From positions 220,534,001-220,598,000 of the forward strand of contig OZ024743.1 of assembly GCA_964016885.1 (NCBI GenBank): a DNA stretch of 64,000 bases, given 5' to 3'. This DNA comes from Eledone cirrhosa. Lineage: Eukaryota. The position numbers and the translations under genes were made by a program. The notes under the pieces are model-generated. The model had not been told where the DNA came from, did no database searches, and was given only the letters and a program-made list of their open reading frames with translations. Shown here piece by piece: positions 12,001 to 25,422 of this stretch (positions within the stretch are counted from its first letter, which is position 1; every line of letters starts with the position of its first letter).

Positions 12001-12900
12001 TGCGTGGTTTTAGATGTTTGTTACATGATAGCAATGTGACAGCTGAAACATATAACAAAATGTTAAGCGTTTCAAATGTTGTTTCTACACCTTTACATCG
12101 TATAGCCTTCAGATAATTGTCAGCTATTTCGTTCACCGCTTCCAATTCCAATTTAGTGGGTTCTTTACTGATTCTGGTGTTGTATGGTCTGTCACTCACA
12201 TTAAGGCTGTGTATCTCTTGAAACATATCGTCCCATATCACTTGTAAAGTGTCCACAAGTTTTTGGTGTTCTGTTTGTACAGTAGAGTCATGAATTTCAG
12301 CCTCGTTGTTGATGTTGTGACAATTACTAATAGAGTTAGCTGATCATTCTCGCTGTTCCTCAGTGGAAGTGGGATGGATTTCAGCAAAATTGTTGGTGAG
12401 ATGTTCACTGTTAGATTTAGCTGGCCATTCTCTTTGTCTGTCAGTGGAGGTGGGGTGGTTGTCTACAAGGGCTGTATTTGTAGTATCACTCAATTCCGTT
12501 AGATGTATCAATTTACATCTAATGATACGTTTTGCCTGTTCATTTAAATGCTTTGGAGAAAAGTCTAATTCTGGGTGTTTGGAGTTCCATAAAGATTTTA
12601 GCCTTTACATAAAACCGAACTTTTGGGGTTCAGATTGTTTGTATGCTTCATATAATTCTTTGTTAAGCTCGTAGCTCCACTGTGTACAACGGTTGTCGTT
12701 GCGATTTGGTCGAAGGAAACTTATACGTTTTGCCATGATGAGTTCGTCTATTCACTAATATTTTGTATTTATTTTTCAAAATAGTCGATGATCTTCTTTA
12801 AAAGTTTCGACAAAGTTCTGTCAGAATCAAATTTAAAGTTATTCCCAGCTTGGGTAATATTTCTTTTCAGTTAGTTTTTAATTCTACAACTGTCTTTTAA
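9045..12900 (-). mobile_element. Decayed RLE-type non-LTR retrotransposon (R4/Dong-like), single ORF broken by stops and frameshifts
   Basis: N-terminal WSYELNKELY...RLKSLW domain near 12550-12736; RT pieces KSPGPN, GIFQGDSLS, HLFFVDNLKLY, YRYLG; C-terminal CRLC...HIVASC and RPDIVVWD...VEISCP (PD-(D/E)xK-type nuclease). Ends are approximate. Confidence 0.85.
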
Positions 12901-12919
12901 ACGTTGTTCTTGAATCGTT

Positions 12920-13245
12920 TGAATCGAGAACAAAAAAAAACCGTTACTTAGTATATTTCTTTATGAATGTAATATAATATAACAACGCTGTTAAAGTTTA
13001 TGTATCATTCATATAAATAGGTGTTCTACAACATACTCAGAGTTCAAACACATGTTTTTGTTTCTGAATCGAAAACGTTACTTGCATATTTCTTTACAAA
13101 TGTAATATAATAACGTTGCATTTATATGTTAAAGTGTATGTATCGTTCATATATCATAAGTGTATGTATCGTTTATATATCATAAGTGTATGTATCGTTC
13201 ATATAAATAGGTGTTTTACAACACACTTACAGTTCAAACACTTAT
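12920..13245. repeat. Degenerate tandem duplication (about 150 bp) containing a 29-bp triplication
   Basis: tgaatcga...tatttcttta...aatgtaatataata...ataaataggtgtt.tacaaca occurs twice; aagtgtatgtatcgtt occurs three times. Confidence 0.7.
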
Positions 13246-13399
13246 GTAGAATTATTGTATGTAATCTTACCGCGTAATGTAGCTCAACTTTTTCCAATAT
13301 ATGGTATGTTGCCTTCATGTAAGCCGTAATTACATACATCCGATTATCGGAAACTGACCATAAAGGTCGCCATTGTTTGTATGTATGTATGTATGTATG

Positions 13400-13865
13400 A
13401 AAACCTGTCAAAGGGCAAGGAAGCTCTTAAGACTCAATAGCCATCCAAAATCACCGGGAGAGATGACCCCTTAGCCTTTGTCAAGGCAGAATTCTAGGAG
13501 AAGGAAAACTCTGATATAACACCTGCAACCCTGATGGTATCCAATGATGTTGACTTGTTCTTCTTTTTGGTAAATATCATCTTGGTTAAGAGAGTGGGAC
13601 TGGCTTTGTGCAGTGCCTTTGCTCACTATAAAAGCTTCACAGCACAGGCATTGCTTTATATCTGGAGATCTCTCTGCACTTGTCATCACATGGTACCATG
13701 GGCCCTGCACTATGTGTCAATAATGGTCACAAGTGTAGTCTTTGTACCAGAGTTTTCAAGTCGCTGGCTGGACTAAAAAGTCACATTCTTTCAGCGCATC
13801 GGTAGGGGTTCTCCTACATGGATATAAAGTAGTGGCCGTACTCGAAAACGAGTTGGCAGCCACCA
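13400..13865 (+). mobile_element. Non-autonomous bipartite RTE-derived element (5'-truncated copy)
   Basis: RTE-type 5' UTR motif ctaggagaaggaaaactctga joined to a 3' segment encoding a terminal C2H2-like finger and ending ctcgaaaacgagttggcagccacca; flanked by TGTA/TA repeats. Confidence 0.75.
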
Positions 13866-14945
13866 TATATATATATATGTATGTATGTATATATATATAT
13901 ATATGTATGTATGTGTGTATATATATATATATATGTATGTATGTATATATATATATATATGTATGTATGTGTGTATATATATATATGTATGTATGTGTGT
14001 ATATATATATATGTGTATGTATGTGTGTGTGTATATATATGTATATGTGTATGTATGTGTGTATATATATATATGTGTATGTATGTGTGTGTATATGTAT
14101 ATGTGTGTGTATGTATGTGTGTGTATATATATATATATGTATGTATGTGTGTATATGTATGTGTATATATGTATGTATGTGTGTATATATATATATATGT
14201 ATGTGTATATATATATATGTATGTATGTGTGTATGTATATATGTATGTATGTGTATATATATATATGTATGTATGTGTGTGTATGTATATATATGTATGT
14301 ATGTGTGTGTATATGTATATATGTATGTATGTATGTGTATATATGTGTGTATGTATGTATGTATGTGTATATATGTGTATATATATGTGTATATATGTAT
14401 GCATGTGTATATATGTATGTATATATATATGTATGTATGTGTATATGTGTATATATATATATGTATGTATGTGTATATGTATGTATGTGTGTATGTATAT
14501 ATGTATGTATGTGTATATATGTGTATGTATGTGTATATGTATATATATATATATGTATGTATGTGTATATGTATGTATATATGTATATATATGTATGTAT
14601 GTGTATATATGTGTATGTATGTGTATATATATATATATATATGTATGTATGTGTATGTGTATATATGTATATATATATATATGTATGTGTATGTGTGTGT
14701 ATGTGTATATGTATATATATATATATATGTATGTGTATGTGTATATGTATGTATATGTATGTGTATATGTGTATATGTATGTATATGTGTATGTGTATAT
14801 ATATGTGTATATATGTATGTATGTGTATGTATATATATGTGTATGTATGTGTATATATATATGTATGTATGTGTGTATATATATATATATGTATGTGTGT
14901 ATATATATATATGTATGTGTGTATATATATATATATGTATGTGTG

Positions 14946-14976
<31 letters not shown>

Positions 14977-15065
14977 ATATATATATATATGTATGTGTGT
15001 ATATATATATATATGTATGTGTGTATATATATATATATATGTATGTGTGAATATGTATGTGTGTA
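13866..15065. repeat. 1.2 kb compound (TA)/(TG)/(TGTA) microsatellite
   Basis: Direct reading; source of the spurious 389-476 aa ORFs. Confidence 0.97.
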
Positions 15066-15076
15066 TAATGTGTGCA

Positions 15077-15232
15077 CTATGTGTCAATAATTGTCACAGG
15101 TGTAGTGTTTGTACCAGAGGTTTCAAGTCGCTGGCTGGACTAAAAAGTCACACTCGTTCAGCGCTTCGGTAGGGGTTATCCTACATGGATGTAAAGTAGT
15201 GGCCGTACTCGAAAACGAGTTGGCAGCCACCA
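15077..15232 (+). mobile_element. 3' end of the same RTE-derived element
   Basis: Translates as [24 protein letters not shown] (C2H2-like finger), followed by the 3' UTR and a (TGTA)n tail. Confidence 0.75.
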
Positions 15233-15311
15233 TGTATGTATGTATGTATGTATGTATGTATGTATGTATGTATGTATGCATGTGTATATATGTATGTATT
15301 TATGTGCATAA

Positions 15312-15354
<43 letters not shown>

Positions 15355-15355
15355 C

Positions 15356-15461
<106 letters not shown>

Positions 15462-15918
15462 ATATAATGAAGCACAAGCCAACAGGTTATTGTTGCTGTT
15501 GACAAATCCATCTGTCACAGCAAACAATTTCTAAAGTTAAACACTACTGCTAAAGCATCTCTAAATGACTTGGACAAATGGATGGCCAATCTCTGGATGA
15601 TAATGTGGTGGAACTATATCTGACGAATATCTAGGGGTCTTGCATACCGTCTGTGTTGATGCTGTAAGGCTATGTATTCTAAATCATATTTTACCGGTGC
15701 CTCTAGAAAGCAACACCAATGATCAGCCCCGGACATATCCATAAATTGAAACAGCAGAAGTGACTTTTATTTCTTCTTCATATTTTTTCTGTTCAACTAA
15801 TAGCTGTCTGATGAAGTCATTGTTGTTGCATAACAGTTAGCATCGAAATATATATAACAGCGATTGTATAATGTATAAATGAATTAATTCTACCTTGTTG
15901 ACCTGTGCTTCATTATTG

Positions 15919-16105
15919 TGGTGGATTGGCAGTATCGGTAGAAGGTTGGACGCCATGCTTTGACGCATAGATTTATGGCCCTTTCCATTCTGAGTTCAAA
16001 TCCCGTCGAGGTTTACTTTGCTTTTCATCCTTACGGGGTCGATAAAATAAAGTACCAGTAATGCATTGGGTAATTGCTGGCCTTGTGCCAAAAGTAGAAA
16101 CAAAT
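15919..16105 (+). mobile_element. tRNA-derived SINE (dominant family of this window)
   Basis: A-box-like tggcagtatcggtag, B-box gagttcaaatc, central tttcatccttacggggtcgataaaataaagtaccag (resembles the Meta-SINE domain from memory), tail ggccttgtgccaaaagtagaaac. Confidence 0.8.
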
Positions 16106-16202
16106 ATTATAATTATACTCCGGAGTACGCCTACCTGTATACTTCGTTAAGTGGTCTATTCTAGATACAATAGTGTCGGTTGTTTAACTAACACATATCT
16201 TA

Positions 16203-16240
<38 letters not shown>

Positions 16241-16621
16241 ATACTTTGGGAGGGTCATGTTGCCAATAAGAAACACACGCACAAAGTTGCTTTCACTTCA
16301 ATTTATTATATATTTATAAATTTATAAATTTATAAATTTCTGGTTGGTTGGTTGGTTCCACAACCAGATAGTTGTTTATATATAGTCATAGTTCTTTCGT
16401 CACACACTCTGTGACCTCTTCAGTGACTGGGACTCCTTTCTTTGTTTCTGTGCCTCTCCTTTGTTCTGTCCTACGCCATTTTGTTTCTGTGTGTGTGTTG
16501 TGTGCTCAGTCTGCGCATGTGCCACATCCGGGTGTCTGTGTGTGTTTATGTTCATTTATTTATTTGTTTATTTACATGTTACTGGTTGGTTGTTTGTTCT
16601 ATGTGTGTTTTCATTTTGTCC

Positions 16622-18570
16622 TTAATTGTAAGTTGTGATGTTGCTGTTCCACTCATATTTTCTATTTAATTTTGGTTGTAATACTTTTATGTTTATTGCC
16701 TCTGTAATTTGTCTAAACATTGCGTCTTTTCTGTGTGTAGATTCTATTTTTATTTCTATGTTCTCTAATTTACCCTTGTGTTCTATCTTAGCATGTTGGT
16801 AGAGTACAGATGATTCTTTATTATCTTGAAGGTCTCGCCAGTGTTCATTTATCCGTTCCCCTACACTACGAGCTGTCTCACCTATGTACACTATATTTTT
16901 GTCTCTACATTGTTCTTCAGTACATCTTATGCTATACACTACATTTCTAGTTTTACAGTTAATATGGGGGCTTATTTTACAGGTTATACATTTCTTATCT
17001 ATACATGAGGGTCTTTGAAAAGGGTATGTCTTGCTAATAAGTGTTTTTACGGAGGTACCTGGTCTTTCTACTATCTTAATATTGAGTTTATGTTTATTTA
17101 GGGCCCTTCTAAATTTGTAAGCTAATTCACCTCTAGGGGTTGTATTGATGAACATTACACTCTGGTATTTATTGCTATCATACCATGAGTTTATTCTATT
17201 AGCCTTGTTCGTAGTTCTTTCTATTCTATTCCAAAATTTGCTCCTATACAAGGGGCAGGTCCCATTTATGTCATTATTTACCATTTTTTCTCATTTGGTT
17301 CTGGCTCCTCTATACACTCTGATTTTATCTCTCTGATTGTAGCCAGAGAACTGCATACGGTGGATGAAGTGTTGTATGTGTCTCTCTAGTTCTTCGGGGT
17401 TGCACATGCGGGACACATTTCTCATCACCCGTACCAAATCCGCAATCAGTATGTTGATTTTGGTATGGTCCGAAATGGCCGAGTTTCGGTGGATCAGATG
17501 TTTGGAAGTCATGGGTTTGGCATAATGGGAATGGAGGATTTGTTTTTTGTTGTTAATGGTATCTAACCAGAGCTCTGTGTCTAGTACAGGTAATCGATGG
17601 CTGGGGTGTTTACTTGGGTAGTCTATAGTAACTCTAATGCTCTGGTGGATGGAGTTTGCTATTTGCTGGATGCTTTCCATTGTGTTTTTCTCTAGTTCCT
17701 GACTGTTCTCTAGTGGGGGTGTCTTAACTACGATGTTTATATCATCTACGTAGCGGGAGTACATTATCAGGGTTAAGGGGTCTTCTAATTGTTCTTTAAG
17801 TTTAAGTTTAAGTCTACTGTCCCACCATACCATGAATAAGTTAGCTATGTCGCCTGCAATGCTAACACCAATGGCTGCTCCTTCCTCTTGGGCATATGTT
17901 TTTCCATTAAATTTGAACATATGCTCCTTAAGGGTTAGTTTTATGCTGGCCCCTACCGCATGTGCAATCATTTTCTTCAGTTCATCGTGGTTTTCGGGTG
18001 TCCGTATGGCTCTGGTCCACCCGTTCCATCTATCTGTGTGGGTTTTCTTGGCCATTGAGGTAATGGTAGGTGGTCTGCCTCTTGCTGGTCTTGTAGGGCA
18101 CAGGTTGCTAAGGTCATATGTATCTAGGTAACTATTACTATAGGTAAGCTTAAGTAGGAGTTCCAGCTCACTGGTATCAATCCCACGGAACTGAACCTTG
18201 CTCTCACTGATCATTTCTACGCATTTCTCCACAGCAAAATCCACGTCAATAGATGGATACAGGGACACAACATCAATACTGCCTATTATGCAGTTTGTTA
18301 GGTCCCCAGATCGGTTACTCACGCCGATTCTGCTGAGGAGGTCCTCCGTGCTGTCACATACATCTGGGGACATTTCAATGATGGGGCGTATGATCAGGGA
18401 GAGGAAGTAGGACAGTCTGTAGTTACTAGCAATGTTAGCTCCACAGACTGGCCGTGTTGGTGGTCCCGCGACAGGGTCACAGCCCGTTTTATGGTCTTTT
18501 CGAAGCCCATACAACGCCGGAATGTCATTGTTCCAGGCCTGGAAGTTGTTGGCAGTCCTTTTGTTGGGCA
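16622..18570 (-). pseudogene. PLE reverse transcriptase + C-terminal GIY-YIG endonuclease (frameshift near 17290)
   Basis: LYGLRKDHK, PTRPV, SIDVVSLYPSID, QEEGAAIG, RYVDDI, LPVLD; then CITC...NVVYSIRC...YIGETARSVGERINEH...EAINI...LN. The first ~30 aa of the listed ORF are read-through from the inverted LTR. Confidence 0.9.
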
Positions 18571-18604
18571 CAGGAGAGGCACAGAAACAAAGAAAGGAAT
18601 CCCC

Positions 18605-18649
18605 AGTCACTGAAGAGGTCACATAGTGTGTGACGAAAGAACTATGACT
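18605..18649 (+). ncRNA. Minimal type I hammerhead ribozyme in PLE-A pseudo-LTR (mirror copy at 16384-16428 on minus)
   Basis: agtca-CTGAAGAG-gtcaca tagtg tgtgac-GAAA-gaac-TA-tgact: stem I agtca/tgact, 6-bp stem II, minimal stem III. Confidence 0.75.
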
Positions 18650-18853
18650 ATATGTAAACAACTATCTGGTTGTGGAACCAACCAACCAACCAGAAATTTA
18701 TAAATTTATAAATTTATAAATATATAATAAATTGAAGTGAAAGCAACTGGTGCGTGTGTTTCTTATTGGCAACATGACCCTCCCAAAGTATAACAATATC
18801 GGTTTCAACACACGATTTCAGATAAAGAATCTTGCTAAAGAAATTCAGAAACG

Positions 18854-18899
<46 letters not shown>

Positions 18900-18949
18900 G
18901 TTATCCTGTAAACATAGCCATTTATCTACCACTAATATCAATAAAATAA

Positions 18950-19135
18950 TTGTTACTACTTTTGGCACAAGGCCAGCAATTATCCCAGTGTATTACTGGT
19001 ACTTTATTTTATCGACCCCGTAAGGATGAAAGGCAAAGTTAACCTCGGCGGGATTTGAACTCAGTCCGTAAAGGGACGTAACTGTGCTACAAAGCGTGGC
19101 GTCCTACCCTCTACCGATACTGCCAATCCACCGCA
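18950..19135 (-). mobile_element. tRNA-derived SINE
   Basis: Reverse complement of the 15919-16105 family. Confidence 0.8.
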
Positions 19136-19664
19136 AAATAATGAAACCATGAATAATCAATTTACTTAAGAAATCAAATGCACCCCACTGCCTCAACCAA
19201 TCTAATGGCATCAAAGGACGAACACTTAACCAATCAGATGCAAGAGAAGCTGACAATCTAAAGACACACCTACATACAATACAAAATCACTCTCAATATA
19301 TCACCCTCTACTCTTTTCTTCTCACATATGGTATAATTTAATTTTTTATTTTATAACATACATTGTATACACCAGTCTTCACTTTTATTATATTATTTTC
19401 TCCATTATTACCCATCAGACATATAAAACCCTAAGTTTATTTATTTTACTGATGTTTATATGACTTAATATAAATACGTTGTATCACTGACTGCAAAATC
19501 ACTATTTTGATAATTTGTCTGGTATAAACAGTATTTAAAACCAAATTTCACAATAACATTGTAGATAGTGATTTTAAGATGCAATCAATTACACACTAGA
19601 CAATGAAATATATATTAATGCTTGGATTAAAAACCCATTGTATCGCTTATCTTCATTCATTCGT

Positions 19665-19899
<235 letters not shown>

Positions 19900-20170
19900 T
19901 TATGTAGAAGTTGTATTTAATTTGTTGGAAGTCCGACAGACATAAATAATGTTTATAACTGATTTAGAGCACTCAACAGTTACTGGAGTAAATATTCCAT
20001 GATATTAAATAAATGAAAACTATATTTATAAAAGCATATTTATTTTATTATATATATTTCAAGGGCAACCAAGACACCATTGGCGCGCTTTCATCAGATA
20101 AAATACAAAGTATGTTTTATAAAATGAGTCGTACCCATGAAAATCATACCTTATCTGTTGGAAATTCACT

Positions 20171-20220
<50 letters not shown>

Positions 20221-20225
<5 letters not shown>

Positions 20226-21263
20226 ATGTTGAAAAGGTAACACAGTAGAGAGAGAGATACAGTGCGCCATCAATAAAACAGGAAAAAACCACCAGTGTAT
20301 GGAATCTATAACCTATGGAAGGCAGAATATAGACACGATAATTAAAAATATAAATTAAAGCGTAAATAAATACCTCTATAACTATATAACACACGTACAA
20401 ATCCGAAGTGATCCTTTTCGCCATTAAGTTGTTGAGAGAAGTGAAATAACCCAGGTTCATCAGCGTGCGTTAGGCTATACATTTCAGACAACACTAAGAG
20501 AATTTTTAAAGCGACCTTCCAACTACACGTGGGAGAGAGAAGTCACAGCGTGTTTAAGGGCAGTGAACCAGTGGTCTCCGAGGGACGAGCTGCTAGAAAG
20601 GGCAGCCCAAAACCACTCAGAGAAGTGTGCTCAACTAAACAGAGAGAGAGGAAAGACTGTTATAAGGAGCGAAATATCACGATACATTATCGGAGCCATA
20701 GACTCTCGCCGTTCCCTGTAAATAATGTGCTCAAAGGAGGGGAAATCCTAGGCACTTTAGAATATAATATGTTGAAAAGGTAACACACTAGAGAGAGATA
20801 CAGCGCGCCATCAATAAAACAGGGAAAAATCACCAGTGTATGGAATCTATAACCTATGGAAGGCAGAATATAGACACGATAATTAAAAATATAAATTAAT
20901 TCTCTTAGTGTTGTCTGAAATGTATAGCCTAACACACGCTGATGAACCTGGGTTATTTCATTTCTCTCAACAACTTAATGGCGAAACGGATCACTTCGGA
21001 TTTGTACGTGTTATATTGTTATAGGGGTATTATTTACGCTTTAATTTATATTTTTAATTATCGTGTCTATATTCTGCCTTCCATAGGTTATAGATTCCAT
21101 ACACTGGTGGGTTTTCCCTGGTTTATTGATGGCGCAATTTATCTCTATCTCGTGTGTTACCTTTTCAACATATTGTATTCTAAAGTGCCCAGGATTTCCT
21201 CTCCTTTGAGCACATTATTTACAGGGAACGGCGAGAGTCTAATTGAATTTCAATTCATACTTT

Positions 21264-21265
<2 letters not shown>
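20221..21265. mobile_element. Non-coding PLE-type pseudo-LTR complex with double inverted repeats (family D)
   Basis: 20222-20503 and 20700-20898 are both reverse complements of parts of 20899-21240; contains hammerhead folds; flanked by (AT)n; no RT coding seen. Confidence 0.75.
20934..21011 (+). ncRNA. Type I hammerhead ribozyme (mirror copy at 20391-20468 on minus)
   Basis: acacg-CTGATGA-[long imperfect stem II]-GAAA-cggatc acttcg gatttg-TA-cgtgt; GUA cleavage triplet; stem I acacg/cgtgt. Confidence 0.75.
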
Positions 21266-21324
<59 letters not shown>

Positions 21325-22323
21325 TTATTAAAATAACAGATTAAAGTTTAAGCAAAGAATCGCTGCTTTCACCCTTAACGGGATCTTCTGAAACTAACAA
21401 AGTCAATCTGTAAACGCAGAACTGGATATTTCAAAAAACGTTGCAACCGGAGGAAGACAGGAAGACGATACTTTGGTTCGTGGTAACGTTCGCTGGCAAA
21501 GAACGGGAAAAAACGAATAATACGTCATTAATAGGAGCGGTGAAAAACAATTACGCGCAAAGACAAAACCACGTTTATGGTATAAAAGAGGTCGTAGACT
21601 AATGTTCTCTTAAGTGGTGCATAGAGACGTTCTCTGGTAATGAACGAAAAAACGAAGATAATAAGTCATATGTGGAGCGTGGAGAACAATAGCACGCAAA
21701 GACAAAACCACGTAAATGGTATAGCAGAAATCGTAGACTAAAATTCTAACTAGGAGACCAAATGAATCTCCGCTACAGAGTTAAGAACAAAGTAAATAAA
21801 TACAATACAGAAGTAATAGGAACAAATAAATACATACACGCAAACAGATACGTACATACACAAGGATACGCAAAACCTTACCATGGGTATACAAAACCAC
21901 GCACATATAAATATGTGTGTGTGTGTATGTTTGTGTACAAATAAATAAATAATTATATAAACGTATATAAGTAAATAAATACGTATATAACAAGCGCACA
22001 CGCATACCTTCATATAAATACACGAATGTTCGGAGACGTAAGTCAACTAAAACAAGAAGTACACATATACACACACCCACCATACGTACGAACCTGCACA
22101 CTCACGCGGACGCAAAACTCCCGTATACACATAGCCAAACCCTAAATACCAGAATATGTGAAAATTATACGCTATAACAGTCAAATATACGTACGAGAAG
22201 GTATACATACCTTCACAAAACATACGGGTAATATATACTTACCTATGCAAATACGTAAAGGAATAAACAAAACATATACTTAGCTCCCACATCAAGACGT
22301 AAAATATCCACGTATAGATCGTG

Positions 22324-23990
22324 CTATCCGTTAAGGTATAACGTGGGGCTGTAATACAGGAAAGTTTTGTGCAATTTATGTTTACAAGCCGAAATTGCCT
22401 CAGAATTTTTGTTTAAGATGTGGTCTGTAGCGTAGAGTATTTCCAGGGCCTCAGCGGTGCAGAGGTCACATGGTCTTTTATTTCCGTTATACGATCTAGC
22501 CCTAGCTAGGATCTCCCAGTGTAACTTATATTGGGTGTGGTTGTCTTTTAGACTCCAGATATAAGCTGAAAGTGACGTCATATTCCTTCTTAGAGGGTAA
22601 CGAAAAGAATGGGTATGCATGTAAAGACGCTGCTTGAAACTATTGGCGGTTAACCCTATGTAGGCCCTACGGGACGTGGGTGTTACAACCTTACATTTGT
22701 AGACAATGTTACTAGAGAGGCATTTCCCGGATAGGGGGCAAACAGCCCGATTCCTACAATTACAGTTAGTACTACCTACAGGGTTGCACGTGTACCTACG
22801 GCTAGGTAGTTTAGCTAAATTTGAAGCTGTGATGTTATGTGCAAGGTTAGGAGTCGTAGAGTAAGACATTTTAATAGTATTTCTATTAAAAATTTTACTA
22901 TATTTATGTGTAGGGGGAAAATGCTTCGTAATAAGGGAAAGAAAGATCTTAGCTAATGGTGTGGCCACCTCCATGTTATATGGTGGGTTAAACCAACAAA
23001 TGCGACGGGATCTATTTCTTCTAGGTCTATTTTCGTACACTGTATATGCTACCTTATCGACAAATCCACTTCGAGCAAGAGCTTCATTGTAATAAGTCGA
23101 ATGGTCGTTGAAAATGCGCTCGTTGGTGGAAAGACGGGAAAGCCTCAAAGAAACGTTTCTTACCAGGTTCTTGGTTATGCTGGCAGGATGGTTGGAATGC
23201 TTACTTATGTAATTAAGCGTATCATTCGGCTTTCTATACGGGTAATACAACCCATTCAATAAATTGAGGGTAACGTCGAGGTAATTAACGACCGAGAGAT
23301 TGGCCTCAACCTGTATAGAGAGGTTGAAGCCTTTAAAGAAGGCTGTGAGTTCTTTTCTGAACCTGTCGCAAGCACGAGGTCCGCACTTAGTCATGGTCAA
23401 AAGACCATCGTTACGGTACAAACCACCGCCCGCGTTGGGGAATTCGTCCTTGATAGAGAAAAGAAGGAAAAGGCCAATAAGATCAGTAACCTCCGCAGAG
23501 TCACTGGCGCCCATACTCACGTCGAATGGGGTACTATTGGATTGTTTAATCCAAATAGAGTCGTCGAAATTAATCACCGACTTTCGGGCATTAAGGATGA
23601 CATCAACTTCAAAATCCTTAACCACTGTGAGTGTTTTAGCGAAATTGATAGCTCTAAGGAGAAGTGGTAAAGTGATGGAGGAGTAGTAATTGTTGATGTC
23701 GAATTGGATAAAACGGCAATGTTCCTTGTTACACATGCCGTTGAACCAATGAATCACCGCGAAAGAATTGTTCCACAGTGCGAGAGGGGCCAAACTTCTA
23801 ATTTCAGGTATAATTCTATCAAGAATCGTTTTACTAAGTCTACCTAAATCGGACTTCGTAGGGTTAATAAGCGAATAGAGGGGTTGTTCGGAAAATTGGA
23901 TTTGTGATCCTTCAGGGTAAAGTGGGGAGAGATAGGGTCCAGAGGTTCGGTCCGGTCCAGGATGTTGAGATCAGATGTGATTTTAAACCC
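22324..23990 (-). pseudogene. PLE RT + GIY-YIG endonuclease (frameshift near 23850; catalytic motif reads YRND)
   Basis: TLKDHKSNFPNNPSIRL, FIQFDINNYYSSI, FDVSMGASDSAE, LYRNDGL, CNCRNRAVCPLSGKC, NIVYKC...YIGLT...FKQR, CDLCTAE...CKH. Confidence 0.9.
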
Positions 23991-24473
23991 ATGTTTTGCG
24001 TATGCTTGTGTATGTACGTATCTGTTTGCGTGTATGTATTTATTTGTTCCTATTACTTCTGTATTGTATTTATTTACTTTGTTCTTAACTCTGTAGCGGA
24101 GATTCATTTGGTCTCCTAGTTAGAATTTTAGTCTACGATTTCTGCTATACCATTTACGTGGTTTTGTCTTTGCGTGCTATTGTTCTCCACGCTCCACATA
24201 TGACTTATTATCTTCGTTTTTTCGTTCATTGCCAGAGAACGTCTCTATGCACCACTTAAGAGAACATTAGTCTACGACCTCTTTTATACCATAAACGTGG
24301 TTTTGTCTTTGCGCGTAATTGTTTTTCACCGCTCCTATTAATGACGTATTATTCGTTTTTTCCCGTTCTTTGCCAGCGAACGTTACCACGAACCAAAGTA
24401 TCGTCTTCCTGTCTTCCTCCGGTTGCAACGTTTTTTGAAATATCCAGTTCTGCGTTTACAGATTGACTTTGTT

Positions 24474-24524
24474 AGTTTCAGAAGATCCCGTTAAGGGTGA
24501 AAGCAGCGATTCTTTGCTTAAACT
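24474..24524 (+). ncRNA. Hammerhead-like fold with variant core CAGAAGA (mirror copy at 21345-21395; another at 47492-47542)
   Basis: agttt-CAGAAGA-t ccc gttaa ggg t-GAAA-gca gcgattctt tgc-TT-aaact: all three stems form. Confidence 0.65.
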
Positions 24525-24649
24525 TTAATCTGTTATTTTAATAAATATTTGCTCTACGGTTCTTATATATTTGATATATATTTTCCTTATCGAGCCCTCT
24601 TTGGATTTTAGTCTTCAATTTTATTATTATTACTATATATATATATATA

Positions 24650-24964
<315 letters not shown>

Positions 24965-24980
24965 GAGAGAGAGAGTGAGT

Positions 24981-25026
<46 letters not shown>

Positions 25027-25138
25027 TACAAATGAAAATAATACAATACGCTTTTGTATAATAATCATGCATATGTCTCACTATAGGTTCTTTAAACTGT
25101 AATAGCACATTAGCGAAAAAATATATATAGGGTAATTC

Positions 25139-25347
25139 ATTGGCAGTACCGGTTGCGCGCCGGACAACATGGTTTGCGGCATATAATTACAGCTCTTTAC
25201 GTTCGGAGTTCAAATCACGCCGTAGTTAGTTTTAACTTTCATCATTACGGGATCAATAAAATAAAGTACCAGTAACGTACTTGGACGATGTAATAGACTT
25301 TCCTCTTCTCTTCAAATTGCTATCCTTGTGCCTAATATAGAAAGAGT

Positions 25348-25348
<1 letters not shown>
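25139..25348 (+). mobile_element. tRNA-derived SINE (diverged)
   Basis: ggagttcaaatc B-box, ataaaataaagtaccag core, ccttgtgcc tail. Confidence 0.7.

Positions 25349-25420
<72 letters not shown>

Positions 25421-25422
<2 letters not shown>

Larger units (their letters stand above)
16236..18856 (-). mobile_element. Penelope-like element family A, 5'-truncated, with inverted pseudo-LTR
   Basis: RT + GIY-YIG ORF; 16235-16460 is the reverse complement of 18572-18799; (AT)n on both flanks. Confidence 0.92.
21323..24633 (-). mobile_element. Penelope-like element family B (probably Hydra-type), 5'-truncated, with about 550 bp inverted pseudo-LTR
   Basis: 21323-21876 is the reverse complement of about 23994-24547; RT-GIY-YIG ORF lies between; (AT)n flanks. 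Confidence 0.92.

Noticed and set aside
13742-15172. 389-476 aa ORFs rich in Y/I/C/V/M/H/T
   Set aside because: Translations of a TA/TG microsatellite that lacks stop codons; only the terminal finger comes from the RTE remnant.
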